DNA of 64,000 bases, taken from the NCBI RefSeq assembly GCF_006345805.1, contig NC_042998.1, forward strand, positions 2,666,001 to 2,730,000, given 5' to 3'. Of this stretch, positions 40,386 to 53,735 are shown piece by piece; the first letter of the stretch is position 1, and each line of letters starts with the position of its first letter. The DNA comes from Octopus sinensis (lineage: Eukaryota). The notes beneath the pieces were generated by a model. That model saw only the letters and a list, made by a program, of their open reading frames with translations, did no database searches and had not been told where the DNA came from. Both the position numbers and the translations under genes were made by a program.

Positions 40386-42017
40386 TTTCCTGTCGCCTCA
40401 CACTTATCTGGTGGAACACTAACTCCCTCTTACTATCCATTGTAAGACATGTGACGTACCACGGGGCTTCCTAGCATTTCGTGATGTCTATTTCTATTCT
40501 TCTAAGTTCAAATACTGAGATGTCAAGTTCACCTTTCACTCTTGCGGGTTTGATATAATAAAAGGGATCAGGGGGGAAATAGGTGAACAATCCAATCGTA
40601 TATAATACTTTCTCAAAACAAAATGTACTGAATTTTAGTTTTAGGTACATATAACTTGCATGATTACTTAGGAAACCAAAACAGTGCGGGGGGGGGGGGT
40701 ATTTGGGTGGCCCAAGTAAACAAAAAAAAGGTAAATTATTTTGGTGGTACGGATAGCAAAATTGGTGGCGCATCAAACAAAACTTGTGCCATTTATATTC
40801 AGTTCTGTCTTTTTACGTCGTAATTTTAAATTCCATCGACGATAAACACTACTTTTCATATTTCCGAGGTAGATAAAAATCAAAGTCAAGCACTATTGTC
40901 CATATAACCGAATGCAACCTTCCTGAAAAATTTAATAGCTATGTGTGTGTGTGCGTGTCCCCCACACAACATACTTTTGTAACTTGTCTTTGTAATGCCC
41001 CCCCTCGTCCGATGCCCTAATGGCAATGAAAGGCGGTGGATTGATAGAAAACCGTTAGAGAGTCGGACGAAATACTTAGTGGTATTTCTCCCGGCTTTCT
41101 ATATTCTAAGTTCAAATCCTATCGAAGTCAACTTAGTTTTTCATCACTTTGGGGTCTGTAAAGCAAAGTGAAAAAAACAGTCAAGTACTGGAGTCGATGA
41201 TGTCGACTAACAACACATGCTCTCTCCCCGCTAAAAATCGCTAGCCTTGTATTAGGAATAGAAAGAACTATTATTATTATTATCAGCGAGATTAATTAAG
41301 TCATCAAAAGCTGGAACTGACGAAGCCAATAATTGATTCGTTGATATTAATATAACAACTGATAAAAGTTCCTATTGCCGATATCAATTCAACTAATCCA
41401 GCCACCACGCAACAACACCACAATGGCTCGAATACATGTGTTCTGATATAGTTTTTTCGTCGTTGTTTTTTAAATACTATTGATCTTTACGAGACAGGGT
41501 GTTCTGTTTTAAACAGTTCTATTTTCAAATGCATTTCTAGCATGACTGGCGTGGCATAAACTTCAAAGAGAAAGAAGGGTGGTGGTGGTGAGAAAGCTAA
41601 AACAGAGAAGTAGGGCGGTGAGAGCTGCTGAAAGGAGTCAGATCTCATCGACGGGCAAATTACACACTACAAGCACTTTTGAACTGTCTGCTTTCCAAGT
41701 GAAAGGAAGGGTGGGAGAAATTATCTCCTTTAAAATGACTTCAGCCTGACATTATTTAGATGAAAATAAATATAAACCAATGATGTAAGGATAGCGAGCG
41801 GATTTATCAATGCGTTAATATACATCTTACAAAAGTTTAATAATCATTCATCCATTCATTATCAGATTTATTCATTTATATTACGTGGGCTTTTTTTATT
41901 TTTACCGAGATCGAAACCAGGTCGTGGACGCGGTCTTCAGAACAAATTTTCTCTTCTCTACTCTGAAATATTCTGAAGTTAATTAAACTTTTCTGTGTAC
42001 ACTACAATATGATTCTT

Positions 42018-42203
42018 TTATTTGTTTCAGTCATTTGACTGCGGCGATGCTGGAGCACCACCTTCAGTCGAACAAATCGGCCCCAAGACATTCTTTGTAA
42101 GCCTAGTACTTACCCTATCGGTTCCTTTTGCCGAACCGCTAAGTTACGGAGACGTAAACACGCCTGCATCGGTTGTTGAGCGATGTTGGGGAGACAAATA
42201 CAG

Positions 42204-42252
<49 letters not shown>

Positions 42253-42380
42253 CATACACGATGGGTTTGCTTCGGTTTCTGTCTACCAAATCCACTCACA
42301 AGGCTTTGGTCGGTGCTACGCAGTGGGACTGAACCCGTGACTATGTGGTTGGTAAGCAAGCTACTTACCACACAGCCACT
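42018..42380 (-). mobile_element. SINE family B with internal deletion
   Basis: Lacks the gaagacacttgcccaag segment present in other copies. Confidence 0.8.
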
Positions 42381-43384
42381 TCTCTCTCGAGCAATATATC
42401 AACAGCGAATATTATTTAGACGGGCCTCGCCAGCCAAACTTACCGAAGGGAAAAAAGAAATCGTGATTTTCATGTTTTGCCCAAGATATCTGCAAATTTG
42501 GGTTGTCGTTGGAAACATTAACATCTAAGGACTGTGCTTATATGGCTACGTTCTATAGAAAGCATTTGATCTAACAAACGAACGTGTGACACTGGAAACC
42601 CGTAGGGAAAGCGTGTTGCATGAGATGGGATAAGCGTTGAAGGACACTGTCAGAGTTCACATTTGCAGTTGAGTTTTCGTGATACATTTGTCTGACAGAT
42701 TGTTCTATGAGGCCTCAGTCCACTTTACTGTCGGCAACAGATATTAGATTAATCAGATTTCCAGCCTCAGACCAGACCAGAATCAATCGGTCAGCCTATA
42801 TTGTGACTGGATGCGAATTCCAGTTCTGATTCACAAGCTGCATTTGATTAAATGGTGTTTGCGCAACAGCCTACGCTGCATCAAAAGCGTCACGCAGAAG
42901 ACGTCTTCCATAGATACAGACTTGGCTGTGTTAGTATCACACACATCACCATGGTCACAAGCAGCAGCGGGTGGCAGTTCTATGTATGTCACCTGCCGCC
43001 TCACCAAGCCAATACACATGACACAGACAGCACGGGAGGATTTCAGCAAGAAACAAAGATTGTAAAGTCGGCGTTTACTTGCAAAGCGAATGCAATAATG
43101 TTTTATGCTCGTGAATTTGAAGAGCATTGATGGGTAAGCATCCGTCGTCGTTGTTGTTTAGCTCCAGGCTAGCCATGATCGAGCAAACCTATCATGGTTC
43201 CAAGAGTGTCCATCTCGTCTTTTCCTTTTTTTTTTCATTTTCTGCCCCCTTCAGACATAGTATAACCAAAAGTACGTTATCTAATGTGTTATTCCTAGAA
43301 ATAGAGGGAGAATTAGCTGCTCTTACTAACAGGTTGATCAACTGCTTTAGTTCATGCTAGTCTTGAATATATGTTGGACTCCCT

Positions 43385-43767
43385 TTTACTCTTTTACTTG
43401 TTTCAGTCATGTGACTGCGGCCATGTTGGAGCACCGCCTTTAGTGGAGCAAATCGACCCCAGGACTTATTCTTTGTAAGCCTAGTACTTATTCTATCGGT
43501 CTCTTTTGCCAAACCGCTAAGTTACAGGGAAGTAAACACACCAGCATCGGTGGTCAAGCAATGTTGGGGGGACAAACACAGACACACAAACATATATATA
43601 TATAACGGGCTTCTTTCAGTTTCCGTTTACCAAATCCACTCACAAGGCTTTGGCCGGCCCAAAGCTATAGTAGAAGACGCTTGCCTAAGTAGCTACGTAG
43701 TGGGACTGAATCCGGAACCATGTGGTTGGTAAGCAAGCTACTTACCACACAGCCACTCCTGCACCTA
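43385..43767 (-). mobile_element. SINE family B
   Basis: Full-length match. Confidence 0.85.
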
Positions 43768-43959
43768 TATTCATATGAAGGAAATGCATTTGAAAACATA
43801 CTGGCAGCACATAAATAGAAGACCATCATATTTATGATTAAGTCAATTCAAATAGTGTCACCAGTTTTATGTTTGGAAGAATCCCTCAATCCCAAAATCT
43901 CAGTAATGTGTTATGCTTTTCAATGACTGGTAGGTATAACTATCAATAATGATATCAAA

Positions 43960-44720
43960 GGGATTTGCACATATCTCAACAGTATCATTATCATTAGAAA
44001 AACTACAAAGGAGTAAAATGGGAACTTTGCTCAACTTAATGAAAAAAGATAACATTACATTGAACAATGACAAATTGACAATATGCAATGCGTTATTATA
44101 TTGAACAACCTCAGTCAAACATCCATTTGTTACCTAGGATACTACAACATTAATAATTCTCTGCAACCTGACCTGGAAAGACTGAAACCAGTCATTAATT
44201 ACCTGGTACCTGCTAATGCTAAATGATTAAAGCAACTACGAGGTTTATTTAGTTACCACTCTAAATGGGTGTTTCCTTTTGTCAAAACAAATTCAAACTT
44301 TACAAAATCCTCCTTTTTTTCCATTGCAGAAATACACTTAGGCAGTATTCATTCGTTTAAAACTTTGATAGCTAATGCCTCTCCCTTTTACCTGTCGAAC
44401 TGAAATTCCATTACAGGTTTCCAAATGATGAAGCTCCAGAGATTACAATTTGGGGGGTCCATTCACTGTAATAAATTTGTTGCCTTCTTCTCCAGAATTC
44501 ATTCTCACACTAAACGAAACCTTTTCTCATTTAGAAAAAGTGGTTACAGCTATTTCAATAAGTGTTAGGAAATGGCAAACTTTTCTACTTTACTTAAAGA
44601 GGAACTCATAGATCCACTGCTGCATTGCTCATCAAGGATTCAGAAAATACCAGAAAAACTAAATCTTTAAAAAGAAATTTGATTTCTCTTCGAGTTCTCT
44701 AATCAGACTGTTGCATCCAA
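43960..44720 (+). mobile_element. Heavily decayed Ty3/Gypsy RT-RNase H remnant
   Basis: Manual translation: ICTYLNSIII (YLDD-like), SICYLGY, LQPDLERLKPV, LKQLRGLFSYHSKW, AISISVRKWQTFLL. Confidence 0.55.
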
Positions 44721-46248
44721 TGTAATGTTTTTAATAATTAATATCCTCTGAGGAATTGGAACAACCCACTCCTCCGTCCTCTACCTCTTTACTCATAGAA
44801 TTGTTTGTCAGGGGATGAGGTTGTCCAGCAGGAGTTCACTACCAGGTAGAACAGAATCACCTCACTCATGTGTGGTGCCTCAGTAAGCTACTTTCATTTC
44901 CCTGCCATGCCATCCCATGGCTACTGACTTCCAGCTGGGCTTCTTTACACAGATGGAAACAGTGTTTAGTAGAAATAATTTCTTCCTCTGTTTCAACAGC
45001 TGTCTCCTAAACTTCTGAAAAGGTCACGAGTACTGCCCTCTCTCATTCAAATAAACCATAACATTTAAGAGGGGAAAAAGGACATTATCACAGCACTAAC
45101 ATATATTTGCTTTCAGTTGGTGGTGGTAACCCAGACAGGAGAAGGACGATTATGTTTCATAATGACTAGTTCAGTGCCTCACTATTGTGATTTCAAACCC
45201 TTAACTGGATCTTCTTCACTTTTCATTTTCTGAGTTTAATTAACTGAGTGTCAGTTCAATGTCTTATTAAAATTATGTTTATCAAATTTTCCATGAAGTG
45301 TTGGTTTCTTTTTCACAGGGCATAAATGTGTTACATTTCTGAGGAGGGGACTGTGACTTGCTATAAAATAGTAGTGTAGGTAACAAAAGAAAAACTTCAA
45401 CATGTCACCAGGTTATTTTAAGAAAGGCTTATATTTTCCTTTGTTTTGCTCTGTTAATATGGATTTCTTAAATAGATACAAATAATAGGGAGTAAAATTT
45501 AAACATTATATAGTGTCTGTACTTTTTCCAACCTATGACTGTTATATAATAAATGATACAGACTGGTTTCAATAAAGAACCCAAACTGATTAATATTTAT
45601 TTTTCTCTTTAATGATATAATCACATAAGATGGAAGGCAGTGCACAGGACCTTCTCAGAGACCAGCTGAAGGAAAGGAAGAGGTTATTCTTCAACCAGAG
45701 ACCTTGCTGAATGCTTTCCATAAAGTGGACTTCACTAAAGTCCTCCAAAGAACAGGTAGTAATGCAAACTGGGTGAGAGATTAAGCATCTGGCCCTAATT
45801 GAGAACTGATTTCTAGCTCTGCAGTTCATGCCACACTATTCCTTAAAATGTTAAAGCCAATAGTTTATAAATTACACCAAGTGATAAGGTGATTAAGCAG
45901 CTGTTTCAGTCATTATCATATTAATTTATTTCCAAGAATCTTTTATCTAAGATTTATACTTCTTTTTAAATGTGATTTGAGTAGAATTTATCTTTAAAAA
46001 AAAAAAAAGGAAAAACATTTTCAACACAGCATAAGCAATGAGACAGTAACAGACTGCATGCTTCCTAAAAGTGCCAGTGGGTGGAGGTGGTCATGGGAAG
46101 ATAAATGGGGCAAAACAGGGTAAAGGAGGGGTACAGTCCCCATGGCAGTGGCCACAATGACAGCAACAACAGGGTAATGGAGAGGAATTTGAAAGGGTAA
46201 GCAAAGAAACGAATGAATGAATGAACCTGCTGTTGGTAATAACACATA

Positions 46249-46849
46249 AAGGCGGCACGCTGGCAGAATCGTTAGCACGCCAGGCGAAATGCTTAGCAGT
46301 ATTTAGTCTGCTGCTACGTTCTGAGTTCAAATTCCGCCGAGGTCGACTTGGCCTTTCATCCTTTCGGGGTCGATACATTAAGTACCAGTTACGCACTGGG
46401 GTCGATGTAATCGACTTAATCCGTTTGTCTGTCCTTGTTTGTCCTCTCTGTGTTTAGCCCCTTGTGGATAGTAAAGAAATAGGTATTTCTTCTGCCTATA
46501 CGTTCTGAGTTCAAATTCCGCCGAGGTCGACTTGGCCTTTCATCCTTTCGGGGTCGATACATTAAGTACCAGTTACGCACTGGGGTCGATGTAATCGACT
46601 TAATCCGTTTGTCTGTCCTTGTTTGTCCTCTCTGTGTTTAGCCCCTTGTGGATAGTAAAGAAATAGGTATTTCTTCTGCCTATACGTTCTGAGTTCAAAT
46701 TCCGCCGAGGTCGACTTGGCCTTTCATCCTTTCGGGGTCGATAAATTAAGTACAAGTTATGCACTGGGGTCGATGTAATTGACTTAATCCGTTTGTCTGT
46801 CCTTGTTTGTCCCCTCTGTATTTAGCCCCTCGTGGGTAGTAAAGAAATA
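46249..46849 (+). mobile_element. tRNA-derived SINE family C with its 184-bp 3' part triplicated; 14-bp TSD
   Basis: cgttctgagttcaaattccgcc at 46317, 46501 and 46685; TSD ggtaataacacata at 46235-46248 and 46850-46863. Confidence 0.9.
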
Positions 46850-47225
46850 GGTAATAACACATACAGAAGAGCAGAGTGGATACATCCAAGCAAGCACAGT
46901 TCCTGCTGGACCACGAGACAGAGGGTGAGAACAGCAGCAAATGTAGGGGTACTCACAAGCAGAGGGACGAGCTGACTGTGGCAGAATAGCAAGAACTCAT
47001 CAACCGTATAGTGTCTCAAGGCATATATCCTCATCAACAAAGACAAAATAGAAGAGTGCAATGAGAATGACCCTTCCATGTCAACTTTGTGTCAACTCAA
47101 AAACGACATGCTGTTAGTGTCCAACCCTCACAGTAGCCCCCATTACATGGACCTTGTAATCAAAGATGCTCCAGCCTTCATCATCCCCTTTGTCATTTTA
47201 TACTTTGGAGCACAATGTAACTCGT

Positions 47226-47488
47226 GGAGGCGCGTGGCTTAGTGGTTAGGGTGTCAGCATCATGATCGTAAGATTGAGGTTTCGAATCCTGGACCGGGCG
47301 ATGCATTGTGTTCTTGAGCAAAACACTTCATTCCACGTTGCTCCAGTCCACTCAGCTGGCAAAAATGAGTAACGCTGTGATGGACTGGTGTCCTGTCCAG
47401 CTGGGGAACACATACGCCATAGAAACTGGGAAACCGGGCCCATGAGCCTGGCTAGGCTTTAAAAGGGCGCATTTATTTATTTATTTAA
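47226..47488 (+). mobile_element. tRNA-derived SINE family D with (ATTT)n tail
   Basis: A box tggcttagtgg, B box ggtttcgaatcc, core tgtgttcttgagcaaaacactt; probable TSD acaatgtaac. Confidence 0.85.
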
Positions 47489-47759
47489 TACAATGTAACC
47501 CAGGCTACATTGTCTAATGTGTCCTTATTTTTGTGTAATCAGTAGGGTATGATTTTTTTTAAAGAAATGCAGCTATTTCTGACTGATCAAGCAACAACTT
47601 AAAGGAAAAGTGCATAAATAGACTAAGATGAACTGCACACTGGTAACAGATGCATGCAATTTAATGAACCTAGGTCTGAATGTAGCTCATACTAAAGAGG
47701 ATTGATTTTCAGGCAGCAGGTTGATATTTTAAAAATTAAACGTTTTGTGTGTTTGTGTG

Positions 47760-47806
<47 letters not shown>

Positions 47807-48019
47807 ATGTATGTACGTGCGTGTGAGTATGTGTGTGTGTGTGTGTGTGTGTGCGTGCATGTGTACATACATGTGTGTGTGTATCAAGGCAGATATAGCT
47901 TTGCATAGACATACAAATGACAAAATCTGTATAAATATGTATTGGAAAGCCTGTTTTCTGCAAAAGTAGGAATGTATCAATAATAAAAAAAAAAATTCTA
48001 ACATAACTGAGTATTCCTA

Positions 48020-48050
<31 letters not shown>

Positions 48051-48554
48051 GGAGGGGGGTAGTAGAAAAGTAATAACAAAGTGCATATGTTGCTATTTAG
48101 CTCATGTCAGCCTGCAATGAGCAGTACTACGATCAAAGACATTCCAGCTGTGGCCTTCCTATCTTTATTCAAAACCACATTATCAGTGTCCTTTTCTCTT
48201 TTAAGACAGTATGGTATAATGGGAGAGAATTTCACTGCTATTTCTAGCAGTTTAAGCAACCTTGTAGAAGCACATTCTCAAATTGGTCAATGTCCTTTGA
48301 TGCTACTGCTGTTTAACTTCAAATCAGCCCCAATGAGGTATCACTATGATCAGAAGTTTTCCAACCATGACCATCTCACCCTTTTTAAAGGTATTTAGAA
48401 CTATTCTGTCTAAAGAGTATTTTCCTAAAGCAGCAGTGCATGATTTGGAGGGAATTTGGCTGCTATTTCTAGCAGAATCAGTGACTGGCTCAAAAATGTG
48501 TATGTTGTGTATGCATGCACACACACACAAACATACATATATATATATATATAT

Positions 48555-50722
48555 ATGTTAATAAAATAGAATATATGCATATATATAAACATATATGTAC
48601 GTACCTACCTCTACATGTACATATACACGCATATAAGTGTACAGGACACCAAAAAGACGTCGAACACATAGAGAGACGAAAAACATAGACACAAACCAAG
48701 GAACAAGACAAGCAAAAAAAGAGATACAGGACAATAAGCACAACGAAAAATCCCCTTCTTCAGTCGCTAAGGTTTCATCTACTAAACGTTTCGAAGGATA
48801 AAAGCGAGACGTATACTTCGAAGAAAACTTCCTTCCTGCGAAAAGCAAATCAATTAAAATTCTGAGATCTTTTCGCAGAGGGGTAAAAAAAGCAAGACGG
48901 TAACGACAGTACAAACATATAAACAGTAAAAAATATATATATAAACAGTGGAAAAATAAATATATAACAGTGAGAGACAGGACAAGGAGAACAAGATAAG
49001 AAGGGCTGTTAACGCCAGACGAAAAAAGTATTGCAAACGCTGGATTATAGTGGACGACGAGAGAGAAAAAATGTCGACCAGTAGCCTTAGAAGGCGGGCG
49101 AGAAAAGACAGGATAGCAGTTACGATGGAAGTATCGTCGCAGATGGACGACGGGAATGGGGGAGGAGGAGCAAGAGGAAGAGAGAGAAGAAGGGGAATGG
49201 TGCGAGGAGACCATGAAGAATGGTGAAAGGGAGAGAGAGAATGAAGAATGAGAGAGAGAGGAAGAGACAAGTTAAGTGAGGGAAAAAAGACGAAAAGGGA
49301 ATGGGAGAGAAAGAAAGAAAGATGCAGAGTCGCGTGAGAGTTAATATCAAGGCTAACTTGATAAACAGAACAATCTTACTTAATAGGGTGCGTGCGTTTA
49401 GTCGTATAATATGTTAATAAAATAGAACATATGCATATATATAAACATATATGTACGTACCTACCTCTACATGTACATATACACGCATATATATTTTTAC
49501 TGTTTATATGTTTGTACTGTCGTTACCGTCTTGCTTTTTTTTACCCCTCTGCGAAAAGATCTCAGAATTTTAATTGATTTGCTTTTCGCGGGAAGGAATT
49601 TTTCTTCGAAGTATACGTCTCGCTTTTATCCTTCGAAACGTTTAGTAGATGAAATCTTAGCGACTGAAGAAGGGGATTTTTCGTTGTGCTTATTGTCCTG
49701 TATCTCTCTTTTTTTTTTTGCTTGTCTTGTTCCTTGGTTTGTGTCTATGTGTTATGTGTTCGACGTCTTTTTGGTGTCCTGTACACATATATGCGTGTAT
49801 ATGTACATGTAGAGGTAGGTACGTACATATATGTTTATATATATGCATATGTTCTATTTTATTAACATATTATACGACTAAACGCACGCACCCTATTAAG
49901 TAAGATTGTTCTGTTTATCAAGTTAGCCTTGATATTAACTCTCACGCGACTCTGCATCTTTCTTTCTTTCTCTCCCATTCCCTTTTCGTTTTTTTTCCCT
50001 CACTTAACCTGTCTCTTCCTCTCTCTCTCATTCTTCATTCTCTCTCTCCCTTTCACCATTCTTCATGGTCTCCTCGCACCATTCCCCTTCTTCTCTCTCT
50101 TCCTCTTGCTCCTCCTCCCCCATTCCCGTCGTCCATCTGCGACGATACTTCCGTCGTAACTGCTATCCTGTCCTTTCTCGCCCGCCTTGTAAGGCTACTG
50201 GTCGACACATTTCCTCTCTCTCGTCGTCCACGATAATCCAGCGTTTGCAATACTTTTTTCGTCTGGCGTTAACAGCCCTTCTTATCTTGTTCTCCTTGTC
50301 CTGTCTCTCACTGTTATATATTTATTTTTCCACTGTTTATATATATATTTTTACTGTTTATATGTTTGTACTGTCGTTACCGTCTTGCTTTTTTTTACCC
50401 CTCTGCGAAAAGATCTCAGAATTTTAATTGATTTGCTTTTCGCGGGAAGGAATTTTTCTTCGAAGTATACGTCTCGCTTTTATCCTTCGAAACGTTTAGT
50501 AGATGAAATCTTAGCGACTGAAGAAGGGGATTTTTCGTTGTGCTTATTGTCCTGTATCTCTCTTTTTTTTTTGCTTGTCTTGTTCCTTGGTTTGTGTCTA
50601 TGTGTTATGTGTTCGACGTCTTTTTGGTGTCCTGTACACATATATGCGTGTATATGTACATGTAGAGGTAGGTACGTACATATATGTTTATATATATGCA
50701 TATGTTCTATCTTATTAACATA
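48555..50722. mobile_element. Tandem plus inverted array of an approximately 855-bp unit in a (TA)n tract (Penelope-like architecture)
   Basis: Left arm 48555 to about 49490 (period 856), right arm about 49490-50722 in the opposite orientation (period 854); no intact ORF. Confidence 0.7.
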
Positions 50723-51096
50723 TATATATATATATATATAATTTTTCACTTGTTCCAGTCATTAGACTGTGGCCAAGCTGGGGCACTGCCTTGAAGAATT
50801 TTAGTCGAAATTGACAACCCCAGTACTTATATTTTTTTTTTAATCTGGTACTTATTCTATCGGTCTCTTCTGCTGAACCACTAGGTCATGGGAGTGTAAA
50901 CACACCGACACCAGTTGCTAAGCAGTTGTAAAGTTAAACACAGAAACAAGCACACACATATATATATATATATAAATATATATGTATGTATACACAAAGG
51001 GCTTCTTTCAGTTTCTGTCTACCGAATCCTGTCACAAGGTCTTGGCCAGCCTGAGGCTATAGTAGAAGACACTTGCCCAAGGTGTCACAGTGGGAC

Positions 51097-51133
<37 letters not shown>

Positions 51134-51386
51134 TATCACTGCATCAGTCAGACTATTAGATGTTTACCTTGCTAGTTACAATGCACTTCCTTGCATTGTT
51201 TTAGCTTTCAAATGGTGCCACACCATTGGCCAGCCAGACAGCCCAACATTCCACTTGAACAGGACACACAAGTCCATCACAGGGTTACCCACTTGCAGCA
51301 CAGTGGACTGGAGCAACATGGGATGAAGTACCTTGCTCAAGAACACAATGCAAAAATGGTCTGGGAATCAAAAGGGATTAAATATA

Positions 51387-51548
51387 GGCGCAGGAGTGGC
51401 TGTGTGGTAAGTAGCTTGCTAACCAACCACATGGTTCCGGGTTCAGTCCCACTGCGTGGCATCTTGGGCGTCTTCTGCTATAGCCTCGGGCCGACCAATG
51501 CCTTGTGAGTGGATTTGGTAGACGGAAACTGAAAGAAGCCTGTCGTAC

Positions 51549-51606
<58 letters not shown>

Positions 51607-51808
51607 TTGTGTGTCTGTGTTTGTCCCCCTAGCATTGCTTGACAACCGATGCTGGTGTGTTTACGTCCCCGTCACTTAGCGGTTCAGCAAAAAGAGACTG
51701 ATAGAATAAGTACTGGGCTTACAAAGAATAAGTCCCGGGGTCGATTTGCTCGACTAAAGGCGGTGCTCCAGCATGGCCGCAGTCAAATGACTGAAACAAG
51801 TAAAAGAG
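51387..51808 (+). mobile_element. SINE family B, young copy
   Basis: Near-identical to the 21897 copy. Confidence 0.9.
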
Positions 51809-52194
51809 AAAAGAAGAAAAAAAACAAATTTGAAAGATCAAATTGAATGACCAAGTTTCAATTGAATCTGATAATATGATATATATTCAAATACGGTACT
51901 TTATATTAAAATTTTAATGAGTCTCTTTTAGGTTCATTGTAGACATGTACTGAAGAACACACACACAAACAGAATTTTCCAAATTTAACAAAGAAAGATA
52001 GGGAAAGCTAACAAGTGCACACAACATTTTCATTTCGTCAACAATGAACCAAAAATGCCTTCTATTTCACTTCTACACAATTAGCAAAATAACACAATTT
52101 TAATACCAAAAGGAAAAAAGAAAGAAAAAACATGGTATGTTAAAAACAAAAATAAAGTAAAGTACATACTTTAAATGTTCTTTTCTACTCTAGG

Positions 52195-52577
52195 AACAAG
52201 GCACAAAATTTTTGGGGAGGAGCCAGTCGATTAGATTGGCCCCCAGTACACAACTGGTACTTAATCTATTGACCCCAAAAGGGTGAAAGGTAAAGTTGAC
52301 CTCAGCAGAATTTGAACTCAGAATGTAAAGACAGACAAAATACTTATTTCTTTACTACCCACAAGGGGCTAAACACAGAGAGGACAAACAAGGACATACA
52401 GATGGATTAAGTCAATTATATCGACCCCAGTGCGTAACTGGTACTTATTTAATCGACCCCGAAAGGATGAAAGGCAAAGTCGACCTCAGCGGAATTTGAA
52501 CTCAGAACGTAGCGGCAGACGAAATACCGCTAAGCATTTTTCCCAGCATGCTCACGTTTCTGCCAGTTTGGTGCCTT
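52195..52577 (-). mobile_element. SINE family C, two-part (nested or tandem) copy
   Basis: Young-type 3' end joined at the same gtattt site as in the 46.3-46.8 kb array. Confidence 0.75.
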
Positions 52578-52833
52578 ACATACTTTAGATATTAATAGAG
52601 TTACTTCAGTGGCTAACACAGTTTTATCATACAGTCAAATACCAAGCATTCTAATTGGACAGAACAAAGTATATAATTGAATAATAACTTCCTCCAGCCT
52701 GCATTCTATCAACCGTGGTGTATTTCAGGGTTTATATCCTGTACAGTTAAAAAAATATCACCGTTACTTTAAATCTCACTTCTTTGCTAACAATACTACC
52801 TGGCACTCCTCCTTAACATGTACAGGTATCATC

Positions 52834-53064
52834 AAACCCTTTAGCACTCAGATTATACTGTCAAATGTAATGTTTGTTTATTCAATTTCTTTTGAATGAA
52901 CCATGTATATATATCTTGTAGCTTTGTAATTTTGATGATGTGATTGTTTATTTTAACAACAACATTACAGGGGGTGGTGTGAGAGGTTGGATCTGGCTGG
53001 TTCAAATATCAAACAGGTAGAATATTTGGGCCGGATATGGACTGTTTAAATGCCAAGTGTATAA
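52834..53064. mobile_element. piggyBac-like MITE
   Basis: aaccctttagca ... aaatgccaagtgtataa; homologous to the 11173 and 14615 copies. Confidence 0.6.
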
Positions 53065-53700
53065 GCTATCTATATATACTGCTCTTATTTCATTGAATCA
53101 CATCCAAACTACTTCATTGGTCTGGAATGGATTTATGCAAGCCTAAACCACAAAAATCTCAGAGACTGCAACTATTTTTCACTCAATTAAAACCCTCAAA
53201 GTTGTAACAATTGCCAGGCCAACAACTAATTTTGTGGTGACTATATTACCATCATTATTTTAATGTTCACTTTTCTTATGTTCATAGGGGTGGAACAGAA
53301 TTTGGTGAGGGTGATTTTTTTCAAACAGATATCTTCCTGTTGCCAACCCTGGCCTGCTTCAAAGTAAATAAAAAATTTCTCCATAGATGGACATGTTTCC
53401 ATTAGAAAATTGGAAATGAAAGATGCCAGCTATGATGATGGCACTCATCTACAATAATCAGGTGATGTCAAGTGATATCAGACATCCTTGTATGTATGTA
53501 TGTGTGTATGTATGTATGTAAGGTATGTAATGTATGTATGTATGTATTTAAAAATAGGATAAAATCTTTATAAGAATTTATCAAGTAGTTAGCGTGAAAA
53601 ACCTCATAAGAGAAAAATCCACCAATTATTTGACCTCGTGTGTACCGTTGGCAATTTTTTTTCCTCTGTCTTCCCTTCTCTGGATCTTTCCTTCTCCTAT

Positions 53701-53735
53701 GTTTCCAACGAAGAGCTCCGCTCGAAACGTTAAAC
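53701..53735 (+). ncRNA. Degenerate minimal type-I hammerhead ribozyme motif within a short Penelope-like repeat (about 53610-53835)
   Basis: GTTT-ccaacga-A-GAGC-tcc-GCTC-GAAAC-GTT-AAAC: stems I and II pair and ACGT is palindromic, but the core CUGANGA reads CCAACGA. Confidence 0.55.

Noticed and set aside
48558-49214. 218-aa ORF and neighbouring ORFs in the inverted array
   Set aside because: Low-complexity S/L/F-rich frames from a CT-rich repeat, with no RT or GIY-YIG motifs; the frame is not preserved between copies.
49625-49685. GAAACGTT ... CTGAAGA motifs in type-II hammerhead order within the 855-bp unit
   Set aside because: Stems I and II do not pair convincingly, and the small hairpin differs between copies. 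At most a PLE-like signature.
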